The notes under the pieces were generated by a model. It saw only the letters and a list, made by a program, of their open reading frames with translations. It was not told where the DNA came from and searched no databases. A stretch of 60,716 nucleotides of DNA, filler included. It is 4 parts of 4 records of this genome, joined end to end, with 100 filler letters (N's around TTAATTAATTAA, not from the genome) between each part and the next. Parts side by side here need not be neighbours in the genome. Positions count along the whole stretch, not along the records: positions 13,086 to 22,050 come from SRR2962707_4377; positions 22,151 to 43,508 come from SRR2962707_4382; 2 more parts are not named here. One strand, 5' to 3'. The position numbers and the translations under genes were made by a program. This document shows positions 19,086-28,277 of the stretch, one piece after another. The number at the start of each line of letters is the position of its first letter. Positions within the stretch are counted from its first letter, which is position 1.

Positions 19086-20009
19086 CTAAGCGTTGTGTGC
19101 GTCAATTAAGCATTCTAGGAATGCCGCGGCTTTACGGTCGGGTCGGTGTCGTTTCCGGGTGATCGCGGCGAAGGGTACCGAATAGGAGACTTGCTCTGTA
19201 AAGAGTGGCCGGAACCGTGACTGACCCCCGATATTGTGGATGACGTGATCCCCTAGAATGCCAAGGTAACGTCCCGACTGAACCAAAAGGGCCAACGCTT
19301 CTTCGTCTTTCACGCTTGCCGCGCGTTCCAGGCCAAGCATATTGGTCACCCGCATGTTTGGTGAGTTGAAGGAGTATCCTGCGTACTTATGCGCAGACAA
19401 TGTGGATTTCGGGTCAAGACCACGGGTGTCGCATCCAAAAAGCGGATGTCCCTTTGCGCAATACAGATTCATGTTTGCCGAATAGATTTCAGTGTACGAC
19501 AGCATCGATGACGTCTGATAAATTGGCATGACCGCCAGATCGAGCGACCCATTGACGACATCGGCCTCAAGCGTGGTCAGCGTGTCCAATGAAATTTCCA
19601 AAGAAACATTTGGCGCAAGTTCATCAAATTTGGCAATGGCCTTGTCTATTTGCGCATCGGGGTTGGCTGACGACTGATCATAAAGCCCAAAGCGGATGGT
19701 GCCGGACAATGTGCTCTGAATCCCATCCACACCAGACCGGAACTCGTCTATCTGGGCAAACAAATGAGCCGTCAGTTTAAGAACCTGCTCTCCTTCTGGT
19801 GTCAGGCTGAAACCAGAAGGCCCCCGATTACACAAACGCAATCTCAGGCGGGCTTCTAAGTCTGAGATGTGACGCGAAATCGTGGATTTCCCGATGTTCA
19901 GTTCAAGCTCGGACGCAGCTATCCCATTACAGGCCGCGACAACGACAAATACGCGCAGCAACCGAATATCGACGTCACCCAACGATTTCAAAATCGCCTG
20001 TTTTGCCAA
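19086..20009 (-). CDS. LysR-family transcriptional regulator
   Basis: N-terminal HTH (DIRLLRVF..STISRHISDLEARL..LCNRGPSGFSLTPEG) and a substrate-binding domain; divergent from the BCCT gene. Confidence 0.93.
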   Translation of the reverse strand: MAKQAILKSLGDVDIRLLRVFVVVAACNGIAASELELNIGKSTISRHISDLEARLRLRLCNRGPSGFSLTPEGEQVLKLTAHLFAQIDEFRSGVDGIQSTLSGTIRFGLYDQSSANPDAQIDKAIAKFDELAPNVSLEISLDTLTTLEADVVNGSLDLAVMPIYQTSSMLSYTEIYSANMNLYCAKGHPLFGCDTRGLDPKSTLSAHKYAGYSFNSPNMRVTNMLGLERAASVKDEEALALLVQSGRYLGILGDHVIHNIGGQSRFRPLFTEQVSYSVPFAAITRKRHRPDRKAAAFLECLIDAHNA

Positions 20010-20187
20010 CGGAAGGTTTCCTTTTTCTGAAACTTTGGACGGAAAGGTTACGCATTACCAAACCAAATTATTAAGTTACCGTAAAGAGGGTGCTCAGGAA
20101 AAAATCAGCGGGCAGTTGAATCTCAGCGATCCAACTGCCCGCTGGCGCTTGCAAAAAAGAAGCATCATAACAACCAGCAATGAGGAA

Positions 20188-21876
20188 ATGTTGTCTATGA
20201 AACCTCCGTTAATGGAACTTCCCATCAAGACAGCCGAAAAGGGTTTTTACTCTGGCTTCAGTACAAGTGTCGCAGTCGTTTCCAAAATTATCATCGCGTC
20301 CTTGGTCCTTTGGGCTATCGTTTTTCCCGAACAGGCAGGTAGCATTCTAAATGCGATCAACAGCTTTATTCTGGCGAATACAGCCTATTGGTACATCTAT
20401 ATTATTGCGCTGTTCTTCTTCACCTGCGCAATTTTGGCAATTATACCTGCAACCGGGAAGCTAAAGCTGGGCGTCGCAGGCGACGAGCCAGAGTTTGAGC
20501 GTTTTTCGTGGTTTGCCATGATGTTCAGTGCCGCCATCGGTGTCGGTATGTTGACGTGGGCAGTGGCGGAACCTGTTTATCACTTCCAGAACAACCCGGA
20601 TGTGATCGCGGGGACGGCTATAGGTTCGACTCAAGACAACATTATCAATGCCTATAAGTGGTCCTATCTTCACTGGGGTTTCGGGGCTTGGGCGTGTTAC
20701 GGGTTGACCGGAATGGCGATGGCTTTTTTCAGCTACCGCCGTGGTCTGCCGCTGACCATCCGCAGCTCGCTTGTTCCTATTTTTGGCAAATCCCTCTCAG
20801 GCCCGCTTGGCAACGTGATCGATATTGTGGCCGTCGTTGCGACAATTCTTGGCGTGGCTCAGGCCCTTGGGTTTGGTGTTGAACAGTTTGTCGCCGGCAT
20901 GACCCGGATCGGTATCGGCGGCTTGACAGATCCCGGGACGGGCACATCGAACACCCTTGGCATCCTGGTGTCCATTACCATCATTATGGTCGCGTCAACC
21001 GCATCTGCTTTGTCCGGCGTCGGGAAAGGGATCAAGATCCTATCCAACGTAAACTTGATCCTATCCTTCGTCTTGTTGGGCTTTTTCTTGATATTTGGGT
21101 CCACCTTCTTTGGATTGAACGCTCTTTTCATGGGCTTCATCGACTATATCGTCAATCTGCCAGTACTATTGTTCGAGGTGTTCCGCTCGGATGGCGTCGA
21201 AGGGTCTGTCGCTACCCTTCAGGAAAACTGGCAGGGTGCATGGTCTGTCTTCTACTGGGCTTGGTGGGTTGCGTTCGCGCCGTTCGTGGGTCTGTTCCTG
21301 GCACGTATCTCCAAGGGACGTTCCATCCGTGAGTTTGTGATTGGGGCGATGATCATGCCTGCGATCATGTGCTTTATCTGGTTTAGTTTTGCGGGCGGCA
21401 CGGCCATTGATCTGACGTTGAACGGTGGTGCCGGAGATACGATCTTTGGTGTGCCGGACGGGGACAAGATCTTTGCCATGGCCATCTACATTCTAGGTCC
21501 GAACTTGGGGTGGATCATGTCTGTCCTGATCGTTGTTTTATTGCTGACGTATCTCGTGACGACAGCTGACTCTGCCGTGCTGATCGTGAACACGATCAAT
21601 GCCGCGGGTGACGAAGGCCCGAAAGCACGTCCGCACATTTACTTCTGGGGCGCTGCTCTGGGTGGTGTGGTTGCGGCGCTGTTGATTGCAGGTGGACCCG
21701 GCGGTGGCCTAAAGGCCATCCAGACTGCGATGGTTATAGGCGCCTTCCCGTTCTCGATTGTGATGGTGCTTCAGTGCGTTGCACTCGTGAAAGCGGTTTG
21801 GAACGACACAAAGCGTAACAAAGAGGGCGTACAATCCACGACCGATGCTGTGGGCACTGTTGCGCCCGCCGAATGA
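20188..21876 (+). CDS. BCCT-family transporter
   Basis: MMFSAAIGVGMLTWAVAEP, HWGFGAW, WSVFYWAWWVAFAPFVG, TTADSA. Start is 20188 or 20197, after GAGGA. Confidence 0.93.
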   Translation: MLSMKPPLMELPIKTAEKGFYSGFSTSVAVVSKIIIASLVLWAIVFPEQAGSILNAINSFILANTAYWYIYIIALFFFTCAILAIIPATGKLKLGVAGDEPEFERFSWFAMMFSAAIGVGMLTWAVAEPVYHFQNNPDVIAGTAIGSTQDNIINAYKWSYLHWGFGAWACYGLTGMAMAFFSYRRGLPLTIRSSLVPIFGKSLSGPLGNVIDIVAVVATILGVAQALGFGVEQFVAGMTRIGIGGLTDPGTGTSNTLGILVSITIIMVASTASALSGVGKGIKILSNVNLILSFVLLGFFLIFGSTFFGLNALFMGFIDYIVNLPVLLFEVFRSDGVEGSVATLQENWQGAWSVFYWAWWVAFAPFVGLFLARISKGRSIREFVIGAMIMPAIMCFIWFSFAGGTAIDLTLNGGAGDTIFGVPDGDKIFAMAIYILGPNLGWIMSVLIVVLLLTYLVTTADSAVLIVNTINAAGDEGPKARPHIYFWGAALGGVVAALLIAGGPGGGLKAIQTAMVIGAFPFSIVMVLQCVALVKAVWNDTKRNKEGVQSTTDAVGTVAPAE

Positions 21877-21881
21877 CACCT

Positions 21882-21907
21882 GCCGGGCGCCCCTTCGGGC
21901 GTCCGGC
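21882..21907 (+). terminator. Hairpin after the BCCT gene
   Basis: GCCGGGCGCCC-CTTC-GGGCGTCCGGC; no U tract. Confidence 0.55.
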
Positions 21908-22050
21908 CACCATCCGCCCCACCGTGAAAAAGTAGTTGAACCGGTCAGCCGCATATAACGCGGCATTATGCACCTTGGACGGTTCTGTCGCAAGTTTCAC
22001 GGGTGGTTTTTATGTCGCCTGGATCGTGGATATTCTTTCGCGAAAAAGCT

Positions 22051-22150
22051 NNNNNNNNNNNNNNNNNNNNNNNNNNNNNNNNNNNNNNNNNNNNTTAATT
22101 AATTAANNNNNNNNNNNNNNNNNNNNNNNNNNNNNNNNNNNNNNNNNNNN
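22051..22150. other. Artificial contig spacer
   Basis: N block with TTAATTAATTAA at 22095-22106. Confidence 0.98.
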
Positions 22151-22151
22151 G

Positions 22152-24026
22152 GGCATGCACTACACCTCGGTGCCCAATATTCTCAAAGTGCTCAATCCGC
22201 TGTTTCTCGATGATCTGCATGAGAAGCTGGACGACGCGGGGGACAACGCCCGCAAGCTACTGAATCTGCGTAACCGCATGGCGCGCATCCGCGTCTTTGA
22301 TCCCGCCTGCGGCTCGGGCAATTTCCTGGTCATTGCCTATAAACAGATGCGAGAGATCGAGGCGGTGATCAACGAACAGCGCGGCGAGCAGGGTCGCAAA
22401 AGCGATATCCCGTTGACCAATTTCCGTGGCATCGAACTGCGCCACTTTCCCGCCGAGATCGCCCGGCTGGCGTTGATCATCGCCGAGTATCAGGCCGACG
22501 TTGTGTATTGCGGCCAGAAGGAAGCACTGGCGGCGTTCCTGCCGCTGGATCAGGACAACTGGATCGTGCAGGGCAATGCACTGCGGCTGGACTGGCTCAG
22601 TGTATGTCCGCCGACAGGTACGGGCGTAAAGCATCGGTCCGATGATCTGTTCGAGACGTCGCTAGAACAGGCGCAGATCGATTTTTCGAATGAGGGTGGG
22701 GAGACGTATATTTGCGGGAATCCGCCGTATCTGGGAAGCCAACGGCGAAGCTCCGACCAACAGGATGAGATGAGTGAGGTTTTTTCCAGCCGAACTTCCT
22801 CTTACAAGGACTTGGACTATGTGGCGGCTTGGTACATGAAGGCCGCAGACTATTGTTCTAGCGAAAATGCAGAAGCTGCTCTGGTGGCTACAAAGACAAT
22901 ATGCCAGGGTGTTCAAGTTGCGATGCTTTGGCCGCTCATATTCTCAAGCGGACTTAAGATAAAATTTGCATATAGACCGTTTTCTTGGAGAAATCTGGCT
23001 TCCAACAATGCTGGGGTAACTTGCGTAATTGTCGGCTTAACCAAGAGTCCGCCGGTTAATAGGCGACTGTTTGATGGCAACCATGAATCTGCCGCAACTA
23101 ACATTGGGCCATATCTCCTTGATATGGCAGATTTGGTTATAGCAAAGTCATCCGTCGCCCTTTCCGAACTGCCCACAATGGATTATGGCAACAAACCAGC
23201 AGATGGTGGGCATCTAATTTTTGAACGAGAAGCATACCGAGATATTGTGGGGAGATTCCCGGAATCAAAAAAGTTTATCAAGAAATATATCGGATCTATA
23301 GAGTTTATTAGTTCTAGTTTTAGGCACTGCCTATGGATTAGAGATGATGAGCTTTCGCAGGCTCTGAAAATTCCGGAAATTGCAGTTAGGCTGGAAAATG
23401 TTCGGGCTACGAGGTTGGGCAGTAAAGGAAAGCAATCTAACGACCATGCGGATCGATCACACAGATTCGTCTACACTCCGCACCGTGACCTAAAGGCTCT
23501 GGTCATCCCACGGGTTTCCTCTGAGAATCGTCCTTATCTGCCCGTCGGATTTGTGGATGCGGATGTCATTATTGCCGACACCGCAGCTGCTCTCTATGGG
23601 GCCTTGCCTTGGCATCTTTCAATAATTGCAAGCCGGCTGCACCACCAATGGATTGCGAATGTGTGTGTCCGGCTACGGACAGACTTTCGCTACTCTAATA
23701 CCCTTGGCTGGAACACTTTCCCCGTTCCGGCTCTTACCGACCGCAACAAGGCCGACCTGACCCGTTGTGCCGAAAATATCCTGCTCGCTCGTGAAGCACA
23801 TTTTCCCGCCACCATTGCCGATCTCTACGATCCTGAGACCATACCCGCCGACCTTCGCGCGGCCCATGACCGCAATGACGAGGTGCTGGAGCGCATCTAT
23901 ATCGGCCGCCGCTTCCGCAATGACACCGAGCGCTTGGAAAAGCTGTTCGAGCTCTACAGCAAGAAGGTCTCCAACGATGCCGGCAAGCTGAAGCCCAAGG
24001 GCAGGAGCGCGCGGGCCAATGGCTGA
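22152..24026 (+). CDS. MmeI/YeeA-like (Type IIL-type) N6-adenine DNA methyltransferase with TRD, 5'-truncated
   Basis: GMHYTSVPNILKVLNPL, motif I FDPACGSGNFL, motif IV GNPPY, and a MmeI-like C-terminus (IPRVSSENRPYLPVG, RYSNTLGWNTFP, LYDP, AHDRND, ERLEKLFELY). Confidence 0.9.
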   Translation, partial: GMHYTSVPNILKVLNPLFLDDLHEKLDDAGDNARKLLNLRNRMARIRVFDPACGSGNFLVIAYKQMREIEAVINEQRGEQGRKSDIPLTNFRGIELRHFPAEIARLALIIAEYQADVVYCGQKEALAAFLPLDQDNWIVQGNALRLDWLSVCPPTGTGVKHRSDDLFETSLEQAQIDFSNEGGETYICGNPPYLGSQRRSSDQQDEMSEVFSSRTSSYKDLDYVAAWYMKAADYCSSENAEAALVATKTICQGVQVAMLWPLIFSSGLKIKFAYRPFSWRNLASNNAGVTCVIVGLTKSPPVNRRLFDGNHESAATNIGPYLLDMADLVIAKSSVALSELPTMDYGNKPADGGHLIFEREAYRDIVGRFPESKKFIKKYIGSIEFISSSFRHCLWIRDDELSQALKIPEIAVRLENVRATRLGSKGKQSNDHADRSHRFVYTPHRDLKALVIPRVSSENRPYLPVGFVDADVIIADTAAALYGALPWHLSIIASRLHHQWIANVCVRLRTDFRYSNTLGWNTFPVPALTDRNKADLTRCAENILLAREAHFPATIADLYDPETIPADLRAAHDRNDEVLERIYIGRRFRNDTERLEKLFELYSKKVSNDAGKLKPKGRSARANG

Positions 24027-24225
24027 GCGGTTTCAACCCGGCGGAGATGCCAAAGTGATCGCAGAGATCGCCCGAACCCGGTTCGGCGGCTTCACCGAAA
24101 TGTTCGAACACCACGGCTGGCCCGAACGTGGGTCGGACATGATGCGCAAGGTCCAGACCCGTGTGGCCGAGACCTATGGCAGCGTCCGCGCTTTCGAAGC
24201 CCAGTTCAACAAGGACAGGCCATGA
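24019..24225 (+). CDS. Small hypothetical protein coupled within the methyltransferase operon
   Basis: 68 aa; AGGAG upstream. Overlaps the MTase stop by 8 nt and the helicase start via ATGA. Confidence 0.7.
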   Translation: MAERFQPGGDAKVIAEIARTRFGGFTEMFEHHGWPERGSDMMRKVQTRVAETYGSVRAFEAQFNKDRP

Positions 24226-26288
24226 CCATCGAAACGAAAGCTGTCCCATCCGTTTCGGTCACTTACGCCCGCAATGGCCGCTCGACCAAGGCCAACGAGC
24301 TGGGCATGCGCCCCATGCAGGAGCGCGCCTATGACCATCGCGGCGAACAATACCTGCTGATCAAATCGCCACCGGCGTCGGGCAAGAGCCGCGCCCTGAT
24401 GTTTGTTGCGCTCGACAAGCTGCACAATCAGGGCTTGAAACAGGCGATTATCGTCGTGCCGGAAAAGTCGATCGGCTCTAGCTTTGCCGACGAGCCGCTG
24501 AGCGATTACGGCTTCTGGGCCGATTGGTCGGTGGCACCGAAATGGAACCTCTGCAACGCCCCGGGCGAGGACGGCGGAAAGGTCAATTCGGTCGAGGCGT
24601 TCCTCAAGAGCGATGACCGCATCCTGGTCTGTACCCACGCAACCTTCCGTTTCGCAGTGGACCGCTTCGGTATCGAGGCCTTCGATGACCGGTTGATCGC
24701 AGTGGATGAATTCCACCACGTCTCCTCCAATCCCGACAACAAGCTGGGCGCGCATCTGGGTCAGTTCATCGCGCGCGGCAAGGTCCACGTCGTCGCCATG
24801 ACGGGCTCCTATTTCCGCGGGGATTCCGAAGCCGTGCTGTCGCCTGCCGACGAGGACAAGTTCGTCACGGTCACCTACACCTATTACGAGCAGCTCAACG
24901 GTTACGAACACCTCAAGCACCTCGACATCGGATATTTCTTCTATTCGGGTGCCTATGCCGACGACATCCTGAAGGTTTTGAAACCCGCTGAGAAGACCAT
25001 CATCCACATTCCCAGCGTCAACTCGCGCGAAAGCACAAAGGACAAGATCCGCGAGGTCGAGCACATCATCGAGGCGCTCGGCAGTTGGGAAGGGGTCGAT
25101 TCAAAGACCGGATTCCAGCTCGTGCGGACCGAAGACGGCAAGCTTCTGCGCATCGCCGATCTCGTGACCGACGACCCGGGCAAGCGCGACATCGTTTCCG
25201 CCGCACTCAAGGACTCCAGTCAGAAGACCAACCGCGACCACGTCGACATCATCATCGCGCTTGGCATGGCCAAGGAGGGTTTCGACTGGATCTGGTGTGA
25301 GCATGCCCTGACCATCGGATATCGCTCGAGCCTGACAGAGATCGTCCAGATCATTGGCCGCGCCACCCGCGATGCCCCGGGCAAGACCCGCGCGCGCTTC
25401 TCCAACCTCATTGCCGAACCCGATGCCACCAGTGAAACGGTTACCGAAGCGGTCAACGATACGCTCAAGGCCATCGCCGCCAGCCTCTTGATGGAGCAGG
25501 TGCTGACGCCACGTTTCGAGTTCAAGCCCAAGAACCCCAGCAATGAGGCTGCGCCCGGCTTCGATTACGGCGAGAACGGATACGACCCCTCCAAAGCCAA
25601 TATCGGGTTCAACGAAGAGACGGGCCGCATCCAGATCGAGATCAAGGGGCTGGCAGAGCCCAAGAGCGAAGAGGCCAAGCGGATTTGCCGCGAGGACCTC
25701 AACGAGGTGATCGCGACCTTCGTCCAGGACAAGCGGAACTTGGAGCGCGGCCTGTTCGACAGCGAAGTCGTCCCTGAAGAGCTGACCGTGTCCCGCATGG
25801 GCAAGATCATCAAGGAGCTTTATCCCGAGCGCGATGAGGAGGATCAGGAAGCGATCCGGCAGCACGCGATAGCCGCGCTCAACCTGACTCAGCAGGCCAA
25901 AAGCACGCTAACCGGCGGTGGGGCAGGGGGCGCGCGCGAGGAAGAGACGCTCAACACCGCGTTCATCCAGGGCGTTCGTCGCTTCGCCATGAGCGTCAAG
26001 GAACTGGACATCGATCTTATCGACCGCATCAATCCGTTCGGCGAGGCCTACAAGATCCTCGCCAAGGCCATGAACGAAGAGAGTCTCAAGCAGGTCGAGG
26101 CGGTGATCGCGGGTAAGAAGACCAATCTGACCCCCGAGGAGGCCCGCGACCTGGCTCGACGTGCCCTGCGCTTCAAGCAGGAACGCGGTCGGCTGCCCTC
26201 CATCTCTGCGCAGGATCCCTGGGAACGACGCATGGCGGAAGGCGTAGCGTATCTCGCGCGCATGAAAGCCGAGGCCGCCCGTGTCTAA
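24222..26288 (+). CDS. YeeB-like SF2 DEAD/DEAH-box helicase/ATPase
   Basis: Walker A SPPASGKS, motif II VDEFHH, MTGSYFRGD, MAKEGFDW, QIIGRATRD. Confidence 0.9.
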   Translation: MTIETKAVPSVSVTYARNGRSTKANELGMRPMQERAYDHRGEQYLLIKSPPASGKSRALMFVALDKLHNQGLKQAIIVVPEKSIGSSFADEPLSDYGFWADWSVAPKWNLCNAPGEDGGKVNSVEAFLKSDDRILVCTHATFRFAVDRFGIEAFDDRLIAVDEFHHVSSNPDNKLGAHLGQFIARGKVHVVAMTGSYFRGDSEAVLSPADEDKFVTVTYTYYEQLNGYEHLKHLDIGYFFYSGAYADDILKVLKPAEKTIIHIPSVNSRESTKDKIREVEHIIEALGSWEGVDSKTGFQLVRTEDGKLLRIADLVTDDPGKRDIVSAALKDSSQKTNRDHVDIIIALGMAKEGFDWIWCEHALTIGYRSSLTEIVQIIGRATRDAPGKTRARFSNLIAEPDATSETVTEAVNDTLKAIAASLLMEQVLTPRFEFKPKNPSNEAAPGFDYGENGYDPSKANIGFNEETGRIQIEIKGLAEPKSEEAKRICREDLNEVIATFVQDKRNLERGLFDSEVVPEELTVSRMGKIIKELYPERDEEDQEAIRQHAIAALNLTQQAKSTLTGGGAGGAREEETLNTAFIQGVRRFAMSVKELDIDLIDRINPFGEAYKILAKAMNEESLKQVEAVIAGKKTNLTPEEARDLARRALRFKQERGRLPSISAQDPWERRMAEGVAYLARMKAEAARV

Positions 26289-27483
26289 ATTCACCGATGA
26301 AGACGATGCGCTTCTGGGCGAACTCGGCGTCGAGGTTGAGCCGCTCAAACCGGTCAGTCGCTCCCCCCGAGAAGAGCGTATCATTGCGGGCTTCGAAGAC
26401 ATCCAGCGCTTCGTGGAAGAGCATGGACGTATCCCTCAACACGGTGAGGAGCGCGACATTTTCGAGCGCCTCTACGCGGTCCGCCTCGACCGCCTGAGGG
26501 ATCAACCTGAATGCGTGGCGCTGCTCGAACCCCTGGATCATCAAGGGCTTCTGACGGGCAAAAACATCGAGACCGCACCAGTCGACGAGCTCGACGATGA
26601 CGCCTTGCTGACCGAGCTGGGTGTCGATGAGGACCGCGACGACGACGTCACCACGCTCCGTTTCGTTCGCTCCAGCGCGGAAAAACGTGCTGCAGAGGAG
26701 ATCGCGAACCGGGAGAAGTGCGAGGATTTCGAGAAGTTCGCACCGCTATTCGAGGCCATTCAGCGCGACCTCGACACGGGTGCCCGAGCGACCCGACCCT
26801 TCGTGAAGGACTCCGGCTTCCTGAAAGCTGAGATCACCCAGGGCCAGTTCTTCATTTTGGGTGGGCAGGTAGCCTATGTCGCCGAAGTCGGAGAACCGAT
26901 CAAGGCGCCGAACGGCGAGACTGACGCTCGCTTGCGCCTGGTGTATTCCAATGGCACTGAGAGCAATTTGCTACTCCGCTCGCTCCAACGCGCCCTCTAC
27001 AAGGACGAAGGCGGGCGCCGGATCACAGAACCCAACGCCGGGCGGCTCTTTTCCCAGGAGGTCGCGGACGACGATTTGGCCAGTGGCCTCATATACGTCC
27101 TGCGCAGCAAGTCCGACGAACCCTATGTCACCCAAAATCGGGAACTGCTTCACAAGATAGGTGTCACGGGTGGCGATGTCCAAAAACGTATTGCCAACGC
27201 GCGCCGCGATCCTACGTTTCTCCTCGCTGATGTCGAAGTCGTCGCCACCTACAGGGTTTACAACGTCAACAGGACGCGGTTGGAAAATCTCATTCACCGA
27301 GTGTTCGGCGCCGCACGTCTCGACGTCTCGATCGCCGACCGATTTGGCACTCCGGTCGTTCCACGAGAATGGTTCTTGGTCCCTCTGTTTGTGATCGAGG
27401 AAGCCGTCGAACGCATCACAGACGGGACGATTACCGACTGGTGGTACGATCCGTCCCAAGCGAAGTTAGTTGCTGCTCAATAA
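26281..27483 (+). CDS. YeeC-like GIY-YIG/T5orf172 nuclease
   Basis: C-terminal GLIYVLRS..LHKIGVT..VQKRIANA..LENLIHRVF..PREWF. Overlaps the helicase stop. Confidence 0.87.
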   Translation: MSKFTDEDDALLGELGVEVEPLKPVSRSPREERIIAGFEDIQRFVEEHGRIPQHGEERDIFERLYAVRLDRLRDQPECVALLEPLDHQGLLTGKNIETAPVDELDDDALLTELGVDEDRDDDVTTLRFVRSSAEKRAAEEIANREKCEDFEKFAPLFEAIQRDLDTGARATRPFVKDSGFLKAEITQGQFFILGGQVAYVAEVGEPIKAPNGETDARLRLVYSNGTESNLLLRSLQRALYKDEGGRRITEPNAGRLFSQEVADDDLASGLIYVLRSKSDEPYVTQNRELLHKIGVTGGDVQKRIANARRDPTFLLADVEVVATYRVYNVNRTRLENLIHRVFGAARLDVSIADRFGTPVVPREWFLVPLFVIEEAVERITDGTITDWWYDPSQAKLVAAQ

Positions 27484-27833
27484 AAGGAAAAAATGCAACC
27501 AGTTTGTGGGTCGCAACCGCCGAGCGCCTCGACACCGGACGTGTTCGAAACAACCGCCGAAAAAGCGTGCAGGGACACTCCCCTCTACACCCCCGTTACC
27601 TCATTACGCTGAATCACTTTATGCGCCGTGGGTAACACTTCTTGCACAACCAAAATTTCGAAAATCCGTTGTCTAGAAAGTGATTCGGTAGGCGTGAAAG
27701 ATGATTCACACGGCAACGCGTCTGTCTCAAAGTACGGCTTATGTGACTCAGAGATTGGCATTGGGAGCGGGGTCGATATCGTCGAAATCAATTGCTGCCG
27801 ACAAGTCACGGATGTGGGTACGGCCAAACAGGA

Positions 27834-27898
27834 GTGGCAGCTTTGCGCCCCAATTGCGGCCGTTGCCGTTAGGATGACCGCTGCCGATAAGAGGACAT
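27834..27898. repeat. Short imperfect palindromes (GxCxGCT...GCGGxC type) upstream of the large-protein cassette
   Basis: GTGGCAGCTTTGCGCCCCAATTGCGGCCGTT and ATGACCGCTGCCGATAAGAGGACAT. They resemble the element at 34906-34927. Confidence 0.4.
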
Positions 27899-28277
27899 AG
27901 GGGACGCGCAGCGCCGGGGCACCTTTGCGTCTAGGAGCGGACCTCGAATGCTTTGCCTACTGTGAACGACGTATAACCCATCGCCAATTGGCCGGTTGGT
28001 ATCTGGATGCGCCGCACCGGGGACAAGCTACACTTCGACAGTTGATTGCAGAACGCATCGACGCCAATGGGGCGTGTTGTTCGGACCTGTACCGTTCTTT
28101 CGCAAGTCTTTGTGGGGAAGTCGTGTTAGCAGTTGCATTGAGACGACGAGACCGGTGCAATGGCCTCTATTCGATCTGTTTACGACCTAACCTTCGACGG
28201 GTGTCGCGAATCGTAGCGGAGATACACCCGTTCTATTTTGGGGGCGCGTTCTGGTTAGCCTGATACGTCCAAAGGCA

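Noticed and set aside
19882-20187. Long N-terminal extension of the second BCCT
   Set aside because: It overlaps the divergent LysR gene and promoter. An RBS-backed ATG exists at 20188/20197.
4546-21876. Two BCCT transporters in one window as a duplicated system
   Set aside because: They lie on different contigs with very different composition, probably from different organisms.
22152-27483. DISARM, BREX or Type I/III R-M label
   Set aside because: No DrmA/B, PglZ, BrxC, HsdS or Mod/Res-type genes are visible on this contig. The order fits yeeABC.
27585-28263. Short ORFs in the intergenic region before the large gene
   Set aside because: They have no convincing RBS, atypical composition, mutual overlaps and no recognisable motifs.
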